Origin: Podarcis melisellensis
Lineage: Eukaryota
NCBI GenBank assembly: GCA_964234715.1
Contig: OZ174280.1
Direction: 5' to 3' (one strand)
DNA: 64,000 bases
A program made the translations under genes and the position numbers. Positions 63,511 to 64,000 of this stretch are shown piece after piece. The notes beneath the pieces are model-generated. The model ran no database searches, had not been told where the DNA came from, and saw only the letters and a program-made list of their open reading frames with translations. How positions within the stretch are numbered: position 1 is the stretch's first letter; each line of letters starts with the position of its first letter.

Positions 63511-64000
63511 TTGTATGTTGATGACTCATACCCTGTCTGTGTAAAAACAGAATGGATGAGAAACGTTTTATTTGCAGCTGTACAGCTGAGTCCTAAGTCT
63601 GCCTTGCACACATTCAAGGCTGCAAAACCTTTCAGTGCAGAGACTTGTCTAGGTTTTTGTGTGAGAGCAGGTAAGAACAATGAGGACTCTGTTGTCAAGA
63701 TCTGGCTTCTGTGTAGATGTGGGTGAGACAGGAGGCAGAGAGCAGTCAACACCTGTATGGAATCAACTGGAGCAGGAGGTTTCTTATTTAGAATAGCTTT
63801 CCTCCTGCATTTCTCTTGTTTGGATCGATGATGGGACAGCGGTTGAGATAGCCTTTATACTACCATTCCTGCTTATAACACCCATCTCTATTTGCATGTT
63901 CAGACCCAGAGACCTCCCCCCTTAATAATTGGCAAATAATTGTGTTTCTAGTTTTAGGCTAGCCCTATTCAGGCACCCATTAGCTGTATCCATGGGGATG

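Overview
This is not prokaryotic DNA. It is a gene-poor, repeat-rich stretch of a squamate reptile genome, most likely a lacertid lizard; that is inferred from Sauria/Squam1 SINEs, Bov-B, squamate-type L2/CR1/L1 fragments and MITEs. I found no host protein-coding exon, rRNA, real tRNA or CRISPR array that I can support. The supplied ORFs are LINE remnants, their antisense shadows, or chance ORFs. The window holds five Bov-B 3' fragments, three Sauria SINEs, several tRNA-headed SINEs, CR1/L2/L1 remnants, many hAT and Tc1/mariner MITEs (several with readable TIRs and TSDs), one or two solo LTRs, microsatellites and a 185-N gap. Two things stand out. (1) Penelope-like element (PLE) ends carry minimal type I hammerhead ribozyme motifs, one with an intact core at 4941-4978. 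(2) Two diverged 730-800 bp CpG-rich elements (48559-49358, 58744-59475) have TTGCG...CGCAA inverted ends, no TSD, and the same nested long-range stems around a ~240-nt loop whose sequence is not conserved. They may be solo repeats of a tyrosine-recombinase (DIRS/Ngaro) retroelement with a conserved fold. All family names come from pattern recognition, not database searches.
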